A stretch of DNA of 64,000 bases. Source: an uncultured Pelagibacteraceae bacterium. Lineage in GTDB: Bacteria; Pseudomonadota; Alphaproteobacteria; Pelagibacterales; Pelagibacteraceae. Positions within the stretch are counted from its first letter, which is position 1, and each line of letters begins with the position of its first letter. Under the pieces are notes generated by a model, which worked only from the letters and a program-made list of their open reading frames with translations, was not told the DNA's origin and ran no database searches. The stretch is from the NCBI GenBank assembly GCA_902597575.1, contig CACJYF010000001.1:5324-69323 (forward strand), read 5' to 3'. This document shows, one piece after another, positions 19,048 to 28,665 of this stretch. Position numbers and translations under genes: made by a program.

Positions 19048-19824
19048 TTATCTTGCTCTTGCGCCAGCTCCAGAACTCATTGCAGCAGCCCAGATTACTA
19101 GACCAAATGCAATTTTGTTAATGAAGTCAGCTAAGTTGTAAACTACGTTTAATGTGTCAGCATCTACTCCACCAGTTAGGTAACCAAATACATAACCTAA
19201 TGGATAAATTGCCCAACCTACAGTTACAATCATTCTCATTGCACCGAACGCAGTTACAAGAGCTTTGTTTCCGCTCTTAGCAGCAGCTTTACCTGCTTCA
19301 CCTGAGAATACTTCATAAAGAATGTATACCCAACCTGCCATACCGATAATGAAACCAAGTGTAGCGTTGATGTATCCAGCTTCTCCTAAGTATCCACCGA
19401 TTAACATTACTAATGAACCGATTAACAATCTCCAGAACATTCCAGAGTTTGCTTTTCTTACAGCTACTAGAATTAAATAAAATTCTACCATCTGTAATGG
19501 CACAGTAATTAACCAGTCAATATATCTATATACTGTTGGTGAGTCACCTGTAGCAACCCATACTTCTCTCATATACATGTAGTGAATGAAAGCAATACCA
19601 GTTACTAGACCAGCAACAGTTACTGATGTTTTCCACGCAGGGTTAACAGTACCTCTCTCCATGAAGAAGAAAGCTGTAGCCGCTAACATACCCATTGAAA
19701 TTATCCAAAAAGATATTCCAACAAAGTCATCCTGAGCTAACATCGTTGCGTCTGCCGCATTAGCAATTCCTGTTAAGCCTGTTAGGGCAACAGCTGCTAG
19801 AGCAAACAGTTTAAGTTTTTTCAT
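19048..19824 (-). CDS. Proteorhodopsin, DTE proton pump, Q105 (blue-absorbing)
   Basis: RYIDWLITVPLQMVEF (D97/T101/Q105/E108), His75 in FIHY, Schiff-base Lys in DFINKIAFG, signal peptide; RBS GAGGGAG. Confidence 0.97.
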   Translation of the reverse strand: MKKLKLFALAAVALTGLTGIANAADATMLAQDDFVGISFWIISMGMLAATAFFFMERGTVNPAWKTSVTVAGLVTGIAFIHYMYMREVWVATGDSPTVYRYIDWLITVPLQMVEFYLILVAVRKANSGMFWRLLIGSLVMLIGGYLGEAGYINATLGFIIGMAGWVYILYEVFSGEAGKAAAKSGNKALVTAFGAMRMIVTVGWAIYPLGYVFGYLTGGVDADTLNVVYNLADFINKIAFGLVIWAAAMSSGAGARAR

Positions 19825-20037
19825 AAAAAACTCCCTCTTTAGTTAGTTTTTACTTTTAGTTTATATAAACTAAGCCTAGGCTTCCCTAAGCAAAGATTTG
19901 GGTTAAATAGCAAATAAAAACAGATTATTGAAGACTAAAGTGTCATTTATTTACGTTGATTTTACTGACTTTTTGAAATTAAATACAATTTATAATTTAA
20001 TAATCTAAAAAAAAGGCTCTAACGAATCAAAAAACAC

Positions 20038-21930
20038 ATGTCCAAGAAATTCAATGAAATATACCAAGAATCTATAAAGAATCCTGAAAACTTTTGGAGA
20101 CAAGCATCAGAAAACATCTTCTGGTTTAAGAAACCAAGCAAAATTTTAAACAAATCCAATCCTCCTTTTTATAAATGGTATGAGGATGGTGTCACTAACA
20201 CGTGTTATAACGCATTGGATTTTCACATTGATCAAGGAAAGGGAGGCAAAACCGCATTAATTTACGACAGTCCTATTACTGGAAACAAAAACAAGTTCAG
20301 TTATGAGGAATTAAGATCAAAAGTATCCAAATTTGCAGGAGCACTTAAAAATCAAGGGGTCAATAAAGGTGATCGAGTAATAATTTATATGCCCATGATA
20401 CCTGAAGCTGTTATCGCAATGCTTGCTTGTGCAAGGATTGGGGCCATACACTCAGTGGTTTTTGGTGGATTTGCCTCAAACGAACTTGCAAGTAGAATTG
20501 ACGATAGTAAAGCTAAACTTTTAGTAACTGCCTCATGTGGTTTTGAGCCTGGAAGGACTGTTGAATATAAACCCTTAGTAGACGAAGCAATAAAACTTGC
20601 TAATCACAAAATTAGTAAAATGATTTTGTTTCAAAGGAAAGGTCATGAAGTCAAATTAAATGCTCCTATGGAGATCAGCTGGGATGAAGCCCATGCTGAT
20701 GCAAAGGATACAGATTGTGTGGAAATGAATTCAAACGAATTTGCTTATATTCTTTACACATCAGGCACTACCGGAACTCCAAAGGGTATCGTTAGAGATA
20801 TCGGGGGTCACATCGTTGCTTTAAAATGGACTATGAAGAATATTTATAACATCGATGAAGATGATATTTGGTGGTCAGCTAGTGATATTGGTTGGATAGT
20901 GGGTCACTCATATATTGTCTACGCTCCATTATTTAAAGGATGCACAACTGTGCTGTTTGAGGGTAAGCCAGTTGGTACACCTGATGCAGGTGCTTTCTGG
21001 AAAATCATTTCAGACTATAAAGTTAAATCATTATTCACCGCACCAACAGCTTTTAGAGCAATTAAAAAAGAAGATCCTGATGGCAAGTTCTTCTCAAAAT
21101 ATGACTTAAGTAAATTTGAAAGTCTTTTTCTTGCAGGAGAGCGTGCAGATCCTGATACAATTAAGTGGGCTGAAAATTTATTAAAAGTTCCAGTAATAGA
21201 TCATTGGTGGCAAACAGAAACGAGTTGGGCTATTAGTTCAAACTGCACTGGAATTGAAATGATGAAAACTAAGTATGGGTCAGCATGTAAAGCAGTTCCT
21301 GGCTATGATGTAAAAATAATCAAATCAGATCAGACTTTAGCTAAACCAAATGAAATGGGTGATATAGTTGTAAAACTTCCATTACCCCCAGGTACGTTTC
21401 CCACTCTTTGGAATGCTGATCAAAGATATAAAGAAAATTATATGTCAAATTATGATGGTTATTATCAAACTTATGATGCAGGTCATATTGATGAAGATGG
21501 ATATATATGGATTATGTCTAGAACAGATGACATAATTAATGTTGCAGGTCACAGATTATCAACAGGTGCAATAGAGGAAGTTTTATCTGAACATCAATCA
21601 GTAGCTGAGTGTGCTGTTCTTGGAATTGCCGACAAACTTAAAGGACAATTGCCTATTGGCTTAGTTGTTTTAAAAGCAGGTGTTGATAAAAGTCACGAAG
21701 ATATCTCAAAAGAGTGCATACAAATGGTCAGAGAAAAAATTGGTCCAGTTGCTGCATTTAAAATTGCTATAGTTATCAAAAGATTACCCAAAACTAGATC
21801 AGGTAAAATTTTAAGGGGAACAATTAGAAAGATTGCTGATAAAGAAGAATATAAAATGCCTCCAACCATTGATGATCCAGCAATTTTAGATGAGATAAAA
21901 GCTGATCTGAAAAATAATAATATTCTTTAA
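20038..21930 (+). CDS. prpE: Propionate--CoA ligase / short-chain acyl-CoA synthetase
   Basis: YTSGTTGTPKG, DHWWQTET, LPKTRSGKILR. Confidence 0.85.
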   Translation: MSKKFNEIYQESIKNPENFWRQASENIFWFKKPSKILNKSNPPFYKWYEDGVTNTCYNALDFHIDQGKGGKTALIYDSPITGNKNKFSYEELRSKVSKFAGALKNQGVNKGDRVIIYMPMIPEAVIAMLACARIGAIHSVVFGGFASNELASRIDDSKAKLLVTASCGFEPGRTVEYKPLVDEAIKLANHKISKMILFQRKGHEVKLNAPMEISWDEAHADAKDTDCVEMNSNEFAYILYTSGTTGTPKGIVRDIGGHIVALKWTMKNIYNIDEDDIWWSASDIGWIVGHSYIVYAPLFKGCTTVLFEGKPVGTPDAGAFWKIISDYKVKSLFTAPTAFRAIKKEDPDGKFFSKYDLSKFESLFLAGERADPDTIKWAENLLKVPVIDHWWQTETSWAISSNCTGIEMMKTKYGSACKAVPGYDVKIIKSDQTLAKPNEMGDIVVKLPLPPGTFPTLWNADQRYKENYMSNYDGYYQTYDAGHIDEDGYIWIMSRTDDIINVAGHRLSTGAIEEVLSEHQSVAECAVLGIADKLKGQLPIGLVVLKAGVDKSHEDISKECIQMVREKIGPVAAFKIAIVIKRLPKTRSGKILRGTIRKIADKEEYKMPPTIDDPAILDEIKADLKNNNIL

Positions 21931-21932
21931 TA

Positions 21933-22265
21933 GTGTTAAAAACATATTTATTCCTAATTGGAGCAATTTTTTGTGAGGTTGCTGGTACAATGTTATTGCC
22001 AGTATCACAAAATTTTACAAAGTTTTTACCCACTTTTGCCCTAGCTGCATTTTATTTAACTGCATTTTATCTTCTAACTTTTGTTGTGAACAAATTACCA
22101 ATTGCAATTGTTTATGCTACCTGGAGTGGCCTTGGCATATTTACTATTGCAATACTAGGCTACATTTTTTTCAAACAAACCTTAGCTTGGCAGGCAATTG
22201 TAGGGTTATTCTTAATTGTGATTGGCGTTATATTAGTAAATAGTTTTACTGGAAAGATTAGCTAA
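21933..22265 (+). CDS. SMR-family (DMT) small transporter
   Basis: 4 TM helices, conserved TM1 Glu (FCEVAGT), YATWSGLG. Confidence 0.9.
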   Translation: MLKTYLFLIGAIFCEVAGTMLLPVSQNFTKFLPTFALAAFYLTAFYLLTFVVNKLPIAIVYATWSGLGIFTIAILGYIFFKQTLAWQAIVGLFLIVIGVILVNSFTGKIS

Positions 22266-23565
22266 ACACTAAAGGATTTCCCTCGGGTTCACCTAAAATT
22301 TTACCATCTTTCATTTTTATTTTTCCGGCTATAATAGTTGCCATTGGAGTACCCTTAAACTCAAATCCATTGAAAGGTGACCACCCACATTTACTCTCTA
22401 TATTTTCGTTTTTAATTTGAATTGTTCTGTTCATATCCACCACAGTAAAATCAGCATCATAACCTTCTTTAATAAATCCTTTATTCTTTATTCCAAAAAT
22501 TTTAACTGGATTTTCACAAACAAGATTAATTAATTGAGTAAGAGACAACTTGCCGTCATTTACATGATTTAACATAACAGGCATCAAAGTTTGAACACCG
22601 GGCATTCCTGAGGGTGAATTGGGATATTCTTTATCTTTATTAACTTTTAGATGTGGGGCGTGATCTGATCCAATTGTGTCGTTTAAATTATTTTTAACTG
22701 CGTACCAAAATCTATCATAATGAGATTTATCTCTTATAGGGGGGTTCATTTGAGCATATGTCCCAAGCTTGTCATAACAGTCTGGAGCATAAATAGTTAA
22801 ATGTTGGGGAGTAATTTCAAAAGTAATGTTTCCTTTATGTTGAGATAAAAAATCAATTTCTTGCTTTGTTGATATATGAAGTACATGGGCTTTTTTGTTA
22901 TATTTTTTTGCAATTCTTACAATTCTTCTTGTTGATGACATGGCACATTCCTCACTCCTCCATACTGGATGAGAATGAACATCTCCATTTTTGATTAATT
23001 TCTTATTTACCTCTAAAATTGCCTCATCCTCTGAATGAACTGCTACAACTTTTGAGCTATTTTGAAAAACTTTATCAATATCTTTTTCATCAGCTACTAA
23101 AAGATTTCCAGTCGACGAACCAGCAAATAGTTTTATACCACAGCACCCTTCTAAATTTTTTAATTCTGCTAATTGGCTGACATTGTCAGCAGTTGCTCCA
23201 AAATAAAAAGCGTAATTGCAGTACATTCTATTTTTTGCAAGATCTAACTTTCTTTGAAATTCTTTTATGTTTGATGTTGGAGGGTTGGTATTCGGCATTT
23301 CAAATACAGCTGTTATACCGCCTGCAACCGCAGCCCTACTTCCGGAATTAAGATCTTCAGTATCAGTCGAACCTGGTTCTCTAAAATGAGTTTGGGTATC
23401 TATGCAACCAGGTAAAACAGTTTGACCTTTTGCATCATATGTTTCTTTTGCATCTTCAGAAATATCACCAATCTTTAAAATTTTACCCTCTTTTACAGCA
23501 ATATCCTTATTTTCTAATTGTCCGTTGATATAACATTGTCCATTTTTGATTATTAGATCTAACAT
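22258..23565 (-). CDS. pyrC: Dihydroorotase
   Basis: PGCIDTQTHFREPG, EMPNTNP, NPPIR, IGSDHAPH, SKCGWSPF. Confidence 0.9.
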   Translation of the reverse strand: MLDLIIKNGQCYINGQLENKDIAVKEGKILKIGDISEDAKETYDAKGQTVLPGCIDTQTHFREPGSTDTEDLNSGSRAAVAGGITAVFEMPNTNPPTSNIKEFQRKLDLAKNRMYCNYAFYFGATADNVSQLAELKNLEGCCGIKLFAGSSTGNLLVADEKDIDKVFQNSSKVVAVHSEDEAILEVNKKLIKNGDVHSHPVWRSEECAMSSTRRIVRIAKKYNKKAHVLHISTKQEIDFLSQHKGNITFEITPQHLTIYAPDCYDKLGTYAQMNPPIRDKSHYDRFWYAVKNNLNDTIGSDHAPHLKVNKDKEYPNSPSGMPGVQTLMPVMLNHVNDGKLSLTQLINLVCENPVKIFGIKNKGFIKEGYDADFTVVDMNRTIQIKNENIESKCGWSPFNGFEFKGTPMATIIAGKIKMKDGKILGEPEGNPLVFS

Positions 23566-23608
23566 TTATGAAAAAAGTTATTATATTAAAAATAGCTATC
23601 AATCAAAC

Positions 23609-24502
23609 ATGAATAACAGTGTTTTTATATTAAAAGACAGATCCATACTCTACGTTAATGGCTTAGATGCTAAAAATTTTCTACAAAATTTAATAAGTAA
23701 TGACATCAATAAAGTAAATGATAGTTCTAGTTGTTTTGCCTCTTTATTAACACCTCAAGGTAAATTTCTTTATGAATTTATAATCGTAAAACATAAGTTA
23801 GGTTTTTTTATTGATTGTGAAAAATCTCAATCAGAGGCGATATTTAAACAACTAAACATGTATAAACTTAGATCAAAAGTGGAGATATTAGATTTAAGTA
23901 ATGAATTTGTTGTAGCAAGTTTTAGTTACGAAAAATATTTGTCAATTGAAGGGTCAAAAGACATATTGGGTTTTACTTTTAAATATAGGGAAGATCCTAT
24001 CATTCTAGATCCTCGGAATAAAAATTTAGGTGCACGCTTAATAATCAACTTGGAAAAACTTTACTTATCATTAAAAAAACTTGATTTAAAAGATGATAAC
24101 ATCGAAAAATACTACGCTCAAAGTCACAAATTAGGAGTTGTTCCGAAATATTTGAATAAGCTACAAAATAAATTATTTGGTATTGAATGTAATTATGCTG
24201 AACTAAATGGAATTGATTTTAAAAAAGGATGTTTTGTAGGTCAGGAAAATACAGCAAGAATAAATTTAAAAAACAAACTATCAAAAAGATTATTGCCTAT
24301 TGAAATAATTGAGGGAAATTTATCAGAAGATGAAAAAGTTTTTAATAATGATGTAGAGATTGGTAAAGTATTAATTAATGACAATTACCCTTTTGCCCTA
24401 ATAAAGTTTTTAGATAAAAATTTTGACAAAAATCAAGTATTTAAAAGTAAAAATGGAACTTTTAAAATTTTGGTGCCTGAGTGGCTAAATATTAATAATT
24501 AA
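23609..24502 (+). CDS. ygfZ: Folate-binding Fe-S/tRNA-modification protein YgfZ
   Basis: KGCFVGQE signature, LTPQGK; start set at ATG 23609 to avoid head-to-head overlap with pyrC. Confidence 0.88.
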   Translation: MNNSVFILKDRSILYVNGLDAKNFLQNLISNDINKVNDSSSCFASLLTPQGKFLYEFIIVKHKLGFFIDCEKSQSEAIFKQLNMYKLRSKVEILDLSNEFVVASFSYEKYLSIEGSKDILGFTFKYREDPIILDPRNKNLGARLIINLEKLYLSLKKLDLKDDNIEKYYAQSHKLGVVPKYLNKLQNKLFGIECNYAELNGIDFKKGCFVGQENTARINLKNKLSKRLLPIEIIEGNLSEDEKVFNNDVEIGKVLINDNYPFALIKFLDKNFDKNQVFKSKNGTFKILVPEWLNINN

Positions 24503-26619
24503 TTTTTATTTGATAGTTTAATAAATAATCCATAATCAGGATCTTTATTGAAGAGTTCATAGTGACTATCTAAATTAATTTGAAAATTATCTAATTCTTT
24601 ATTGTGAGATAGTTTCGCTAAAGAGTCTTGAAATGTCATTGAGTAAAGTGATCTTTGTGAATTTTTATAATCAAGCGCTATCACAAAATTATCATTTTTA
24701 CTGTCTTTAGCCTGATCCCTAGTATATTTTGTCATTAAAGTTAAACCGTTATTAGAAATTAAATCAAATCCAATTCCACCAATTATATTATGTGTAGCAT
24801 TATTTATATTTTTAAAAGTATAAGCACTACCATCTGACTCGTATGAAAATTTTTGCTGAGATGACGGACTCATATCAGCATAATATTCAAAATCAAAATA
24901 TGGTATCAAACTTCCAACTTTTAATTCATAAGTATTGTCCAAACTTGCACCTATTGAGGAAGTAAAATTTCCAATATATTGATCTTCAAATTTTAAATTC
25001 AATCCAGCTGCTCCTGTTTCTGTATATTCACCAAAATGTGTTATCCCATAATTTATTTTTATTTTTGGAGTAAAATTCAATTTATTTTTTGAAAAAGTAT
25101 CTCTTAAACTTAAGGATCCATATAATTGCTCACCATATCTTTCACCGTCAGTTGATGTTGAACCGCTATTATTTAATAAGTCAGAATTTATAAAACTCAA
25201 ACCTAATAAGTGATCAGTAAATCGATCTCCTCCTTTTGGTTTACTTTCATAAAAAGTCAAACTAAATGAACTCATATCAAGCGCACTTCCAAGATCTCCC
25301 ACATCAACATCGTCACTACCAAATCTTATTGCAATCCCACGCATAATATTATCTTCACTTCTTTTATCAGCTCCAAAAGTGATTGCTGAAGTATTAATAT
25401 CTTTTGAGGAAGAATTAGAAGTATCTCCAATTTTACCAATACTAATTGTACCTTCGCTCCAAAAAGACCAGCTAGAATTTTGATTTAAATCGGAGGAATT
25501 ATTATTAGAAAAATAAAGAGGAATTAATTCCTCTGTGAGAGAATTTAAAATTTCATTATTAAATTGGAACTTAATATTCTGGTTTGTTAAATTTAATCTA
25601 TTGCTGTTACGTCTTAACCATTCCATACGATTTAATACTGGAAAGGTTGTATGTTGAATTAACTTTTTTGCTGCCTCTGATTGGGATTCTGCCGATGCAA
25701 CATCATCTTTATTTGCTGTTGGATCAATACATTTAACTACCCCGAAACCACATGATAGATTATATTCGTGTACATCAGATGATTTATCTGTGTCATAATC
25801 CATAATAAACATTTTGGATCCATCAGTGTTAAACGTTATACCCCATACCTGAGTAAGTTCTTCAGACGTATTATATGAACCTACATAAGTAACGGTACCA
25901 GCTAAATTAAACGGAGTAGATAAAGAATACTCATTTATTGTATCTCCTTCACCAGTTGTTATATACATTTTGGATCCATCAGAACTAAATTTTATACCCC
26001 GAACATCACCACCATTAGCAATTAAACCACCGCCACTTGGTGAAAAATTTTTTACTAAAGTTTCGTTAGATAAATCATACGGGCTTGAAAGTGAATATTG
26101 AAAGACATGCCCATTACTTGCTCTATCAAGGAGATAGATATTTTTACCGTCATTACTAAAAGTTATTGCTCTTAAATTTGGAGAGCTATCTAAAGTGAAA
26201 CTTTTGTTACCTTGGCTTACACAAGTTGAAATATCATAAGCAGTTGTTAATGAGTATATTTCTACATCATCGTCTCCCATGTCAGTTAAAAAAAATTTTG
26301 TTCCATCAGAGTTAAATTCGATATTAGTGCCATCTAATGCCTCACCTCCGATATTACAAAAGGAGTTAGTTAAAAAAGTTGCTTCTGAAATATCAAAAGG
26401 AGTACTTAATGTATATTGGATCACTCTATTAGCAGAAAAACCGGCAATGAACATTCTGGTACCATCCGGGTTAAAAGTTATACCTGAGGGTGAGTTCTGG
26501 CCTTTGTCACTATTTTTTGGAACATCGATATCGTCAACAAATGACGAAACTGCTCCAAAAGCTTTAAAGCTCGTGAGAAAAAAGATTAATAATAAACTTA
26601 TAAATTTTAGCAATTTCAC
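24499..26619 (-). CDS. Autotransporter-like outer membrane protein with beta-propeller passenger
   Basis: Signal peptide; five ~50-aa repeats (I.F..DG.KM...Y.LS.P.D); C-terminal amphipathic beta-strand domain (WSFWSEG, FGADK, YTETG, PYFDFEY). Confidence 0.8.
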   Translation of the reverse strand: MKLLKFISLLLIFFLTSFKAFGAVSSFVDDIDVPKNSDKGQNSPSGITFNPDGTRMFIAGFSANRVIQYTLSTPFDISEATFLTNSFCNIGGEALDGTNIEFNSDGTKFFLTDMGDDDVEIYSLTTAYDISTCVSQGNKSFTLDSSPNLRAITFSNDGKNIYLLDRASNGHVFQYSLSSPYDLSNETLVKNFSPSGGGLIANGGDVRGIKFSSDGSKMYITTGEGDTINEYSLSTPFNLAGTVTYVGSYNTSEELTQVWGITFNTDGSKMFIMDYDTDKSSDVHEYNLSCGFGVVKCIDPTANKDDVASAESQSEAAKKLIQHTTFPVLNRMEWLRRNSNRLNLTNQNIKFQFNNEILNSLTEELIPLYFSNNNSSDLNQNSSWSFWSEGTISIGKIGDTSNSSSKDINTSAITFGADKRSEDNIMRGIAIRFGSDDVDVGDLGSALDMSSFSLTFYESKPKGGDRFTDHLLGLSFINSDLLNNSGSTSTDGERYGEQLYGSLSLRDTFSKNKLNFTPKIKINYGITHFGEYTETGAAGLNLKFEDQYIGNFTSSIGASLDNTYELKVGSLIPYFDFEYYADMSPSSQQKFSYESDGSAYTFKNINNATHNIIGGIGFDLISNNGLTLMTKYTRDQAKDSKNDNFVIALDYKNSQRSLYSMTFQDSLAKLSHNKELDNFQINLDSHYELFNKDPDYGLFIKLSNKN

Positions 26620-26692
26620 GAGCTATTTTTAAACCAAAAAAATATTTTATGCATCCGAGAATATAGATGATTGATGTTGAAAAAGTTACATT

Positions 26693-26778
26693 TGGTGCGG
26701 CCAGAGAGACTCGAACTCTCATGGACTAGGTCCACACGGCCCTCAACCGTGCCTGTCTACCAATTTCAGCATGGCCGC
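26693..26778 (-). tRNA. tRNA-Leu(GAG)
   Basis: GCGGCCA acceptor stem, anticodon arm cacgg-ttGAGgg-ccgtg, long variable arm, GTTCGAGTC, encoded CCA. Confidence 0.97.
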
Positions 26779-26835
26779 AAATATGACCCACATTAAATCA
26801 ATGACAAGCAGGTTTCAAATTGATAAATTTTTATT

Positions 26836-27825
26836 ATGGAATTTAACCAAGAAGTAAAGCAAGCAACTGACCCTATTTACAAAAAAATATCTAAGGTAAT
26901 GCCTGAAATTGAATGGTCTGTGCACGCGCCTTATATTCACAAAATTAATAAACTTAAAAAAGAAAAAAATGCAGTTATTCTTGCTCATAACTATCAAACT
27001 CCAGAAATTTACCACGGGATAGCAGATTTTTCAGCTGACTCTCTGGCGTTAGCTGTCGAGGCATCAAAAACTTCTGCAGATATAATTGTAATGGCGGGTG
27101 TTCACTTTATGGCTGAAACTGCAAAGTTAATGAGTCCAAATAAAAAAGTTTTGTTACCAGACATGAAAGCAGGATGCTCATTATCTTCTTCAATTACTGG
27201 TAAAGATGTAAGATTACTCAAAGAAAAGTATCCAGGTGTACCTGTTGTTTCTTATGTCAATACTTCTGCAGATGTTAAAGCTGAAACAGATGTATGTTGC
27301 ACATCTGCCAATGCAGTTAAAATTGTAAAATCACTAGGTGTTAAAAAAGTTATTTTTCTTCCTGATGATTATTTGGCAAAATATGTTGCTTCACAAACAG
27401 ACGTTGAAATAATTTCTTGGAAAGGAATTTGTATTGTGCATGATCAGTTTAATGAGAAGGAAATTATCAACATTCGAAAAAATAATCCAGGGATAAAAAT
27501 TATTGCACACCCAGAATGTCCTCCTGAAGTAATTAAAGCAAGTGATTTTGCAGGATCAACATCTGGCATGATTAATTATGTGAAAGATAACCAGCCTAAA
27601 AAAGTAATGATGGTTACTGAATGTTCTATGAGTGATAATATTCAAGTCGAGAATCCAAATGTAGAGTTTATAAGACCATGCAACATGTGTCCTCATATGA
27701 AAAAAATAACTCTACCAAAAATACTTGACTGCTTAGAAAATGAAACTGGTGAAATTATTATGGATCAAGAGACAATCGATAAGGCTAGATTGTCTGTAGA
27801 GAAAATGGTTGCTATCGGTAGATAA
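26836..27825 (+). CDS. nadA: Quinolinate synthase
   Basis: ILAHNYQ, GVHFMAETAK, YVNTSA, AHPEC, CNMCPHMK. Confidence 0.97.
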   Translation: MEFNQEVKQATDPIYKKISKVMPEIEWSVHAPYIHKINKLKKEKNAVILAHNYQTPEIYHGIADFSADSLALAVEASKTSADIIVMAGVHFMAETAKLMSPNKKVLLPDMKAGCSLSSSITGKDVRLLKEKYPGVPVVSYVNTSADVKAETDVCCTSANAVKIVKSLGVKKVIFLPDDYLAKYVASQTDVEIISWKGICIVHDQFNEKEIINIRKNNPGIKIIAHPECPPEVIKASDFAGSTSGMINYVKDNQPKKVMMVTECSMSDNIQVENPNVEFIRPCNMCPHMKKITLPKILDCLENETGEIIMDQETIDKARLSVEKMVAIGR

Positions 27826-27831
27826 CTTTTT

Positions 27832-28665
27832 GTGTCTCAAATAAAACTAAGTGAAAATTTTATTAAAAATACTGTCAAGCTTGCACTAAATGAAGATTTG
27901 TATCCCTCGGGAGATATTACCTCAAGTCTTGTAAAAAATAACAAAACAATCAGAGCAAAATTAATAGCTAATGAAGATGCAATAATTGGAGGATTATTAT
28001 TTGCAAAAAGTGCATTTTCTCTTATTGATAAAAAAATAAAATTTATTGTAAAAAAAAAAGATGGATCTTCTGTTAAGAAAAAAACACTCGTTGCAATAAT
28101 TCAAGGTAATGTTCAAAATATATTAATTGCGGAAAGAGTAGCTTTAAATTTTTTATCTCATATTTCAGGTGTTGCGACAAAAACAAATAAGTTTGTAAAA
28201 CTAGCTGGGAAAAAGTGTAAAATATGTTGCACAAGAAAAACTATACCAAGTTTAAGAGTTATTCAGAAATATGCTGTCAAATTAGGTGGTGGAATTAATC
28301 ACAGATTTAATCTTAGTGATGAGTTTCTTATTAAAGATAATCATGTTGCAAGTTCAAATATTAAAAAATTAGTTTCTTCAGCTATTGCAAATAAAAAAGG
28401 AAGAAAAATTACTGTTGAAGTGGATAATCTCAATCAACTTAAACAAATTATTGGTTTAAAATTTGATAGGGTTTTATTTGATAATATGAGTAATAAAAAC
28501 TTAAAACTTGGAGTGAAACTCGCAAAAAAAAATTATGAAACCGAAGCCTCTGGAAACATTAGTCTTAAAACAATTAGATCTGTTGCGAAAACTGGGGTCA
28601 ACAGGATTTCTGTTGGTAGTATAACACATAGCGCTCCAGCAATAGATTTTAAACTTGAAATTTAA
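27832..28665 (+). CDS. nadC: Quinolinate phosphoribosyltransferase
   Basis: ERVALNFL, TRKT.P, HRFNLSD..LIKDNH, EASG, ISVGSITHS. Confidence 0.96.
   Translation: MSQIKLSENFIKNTVKLALNEDLYPSGDITSSLVKNNKTIRAKLIANEDAIIGGLLFAKSAFSLIDKKIKFIVKKKDGSSVKKKTLVAIIQGNVQNILIAERVALNFLSHISGVATKTNKFVKLAGKKCKICCTRKTIPSLRVIQKYAVKLGGGINHRFNLSDEFLIKDNHVASSNIKKLVSSAIANKKGRKITVEVDNLNQLKQIIGLKFDRVLFDNMSNKNLKLGVKLAKKNYETEASGNISLKTIRSVAKTGVNRISVGSITHSAPAIDFKLEI

Noticed and set aside
21933-22265. SMR gene as the missing ArnE/F-type flippase for the GT2/GT-C pair
   Set aside because: Unlinked (about 6 kb away, coupled to prpE) and retains the EmrE-type TM1 Glu
24480-26778. Integrative element at tRNA-Leu
   Set aside because: No integrase, and no duplicated tRNA 3' end found beyond the autotransporter
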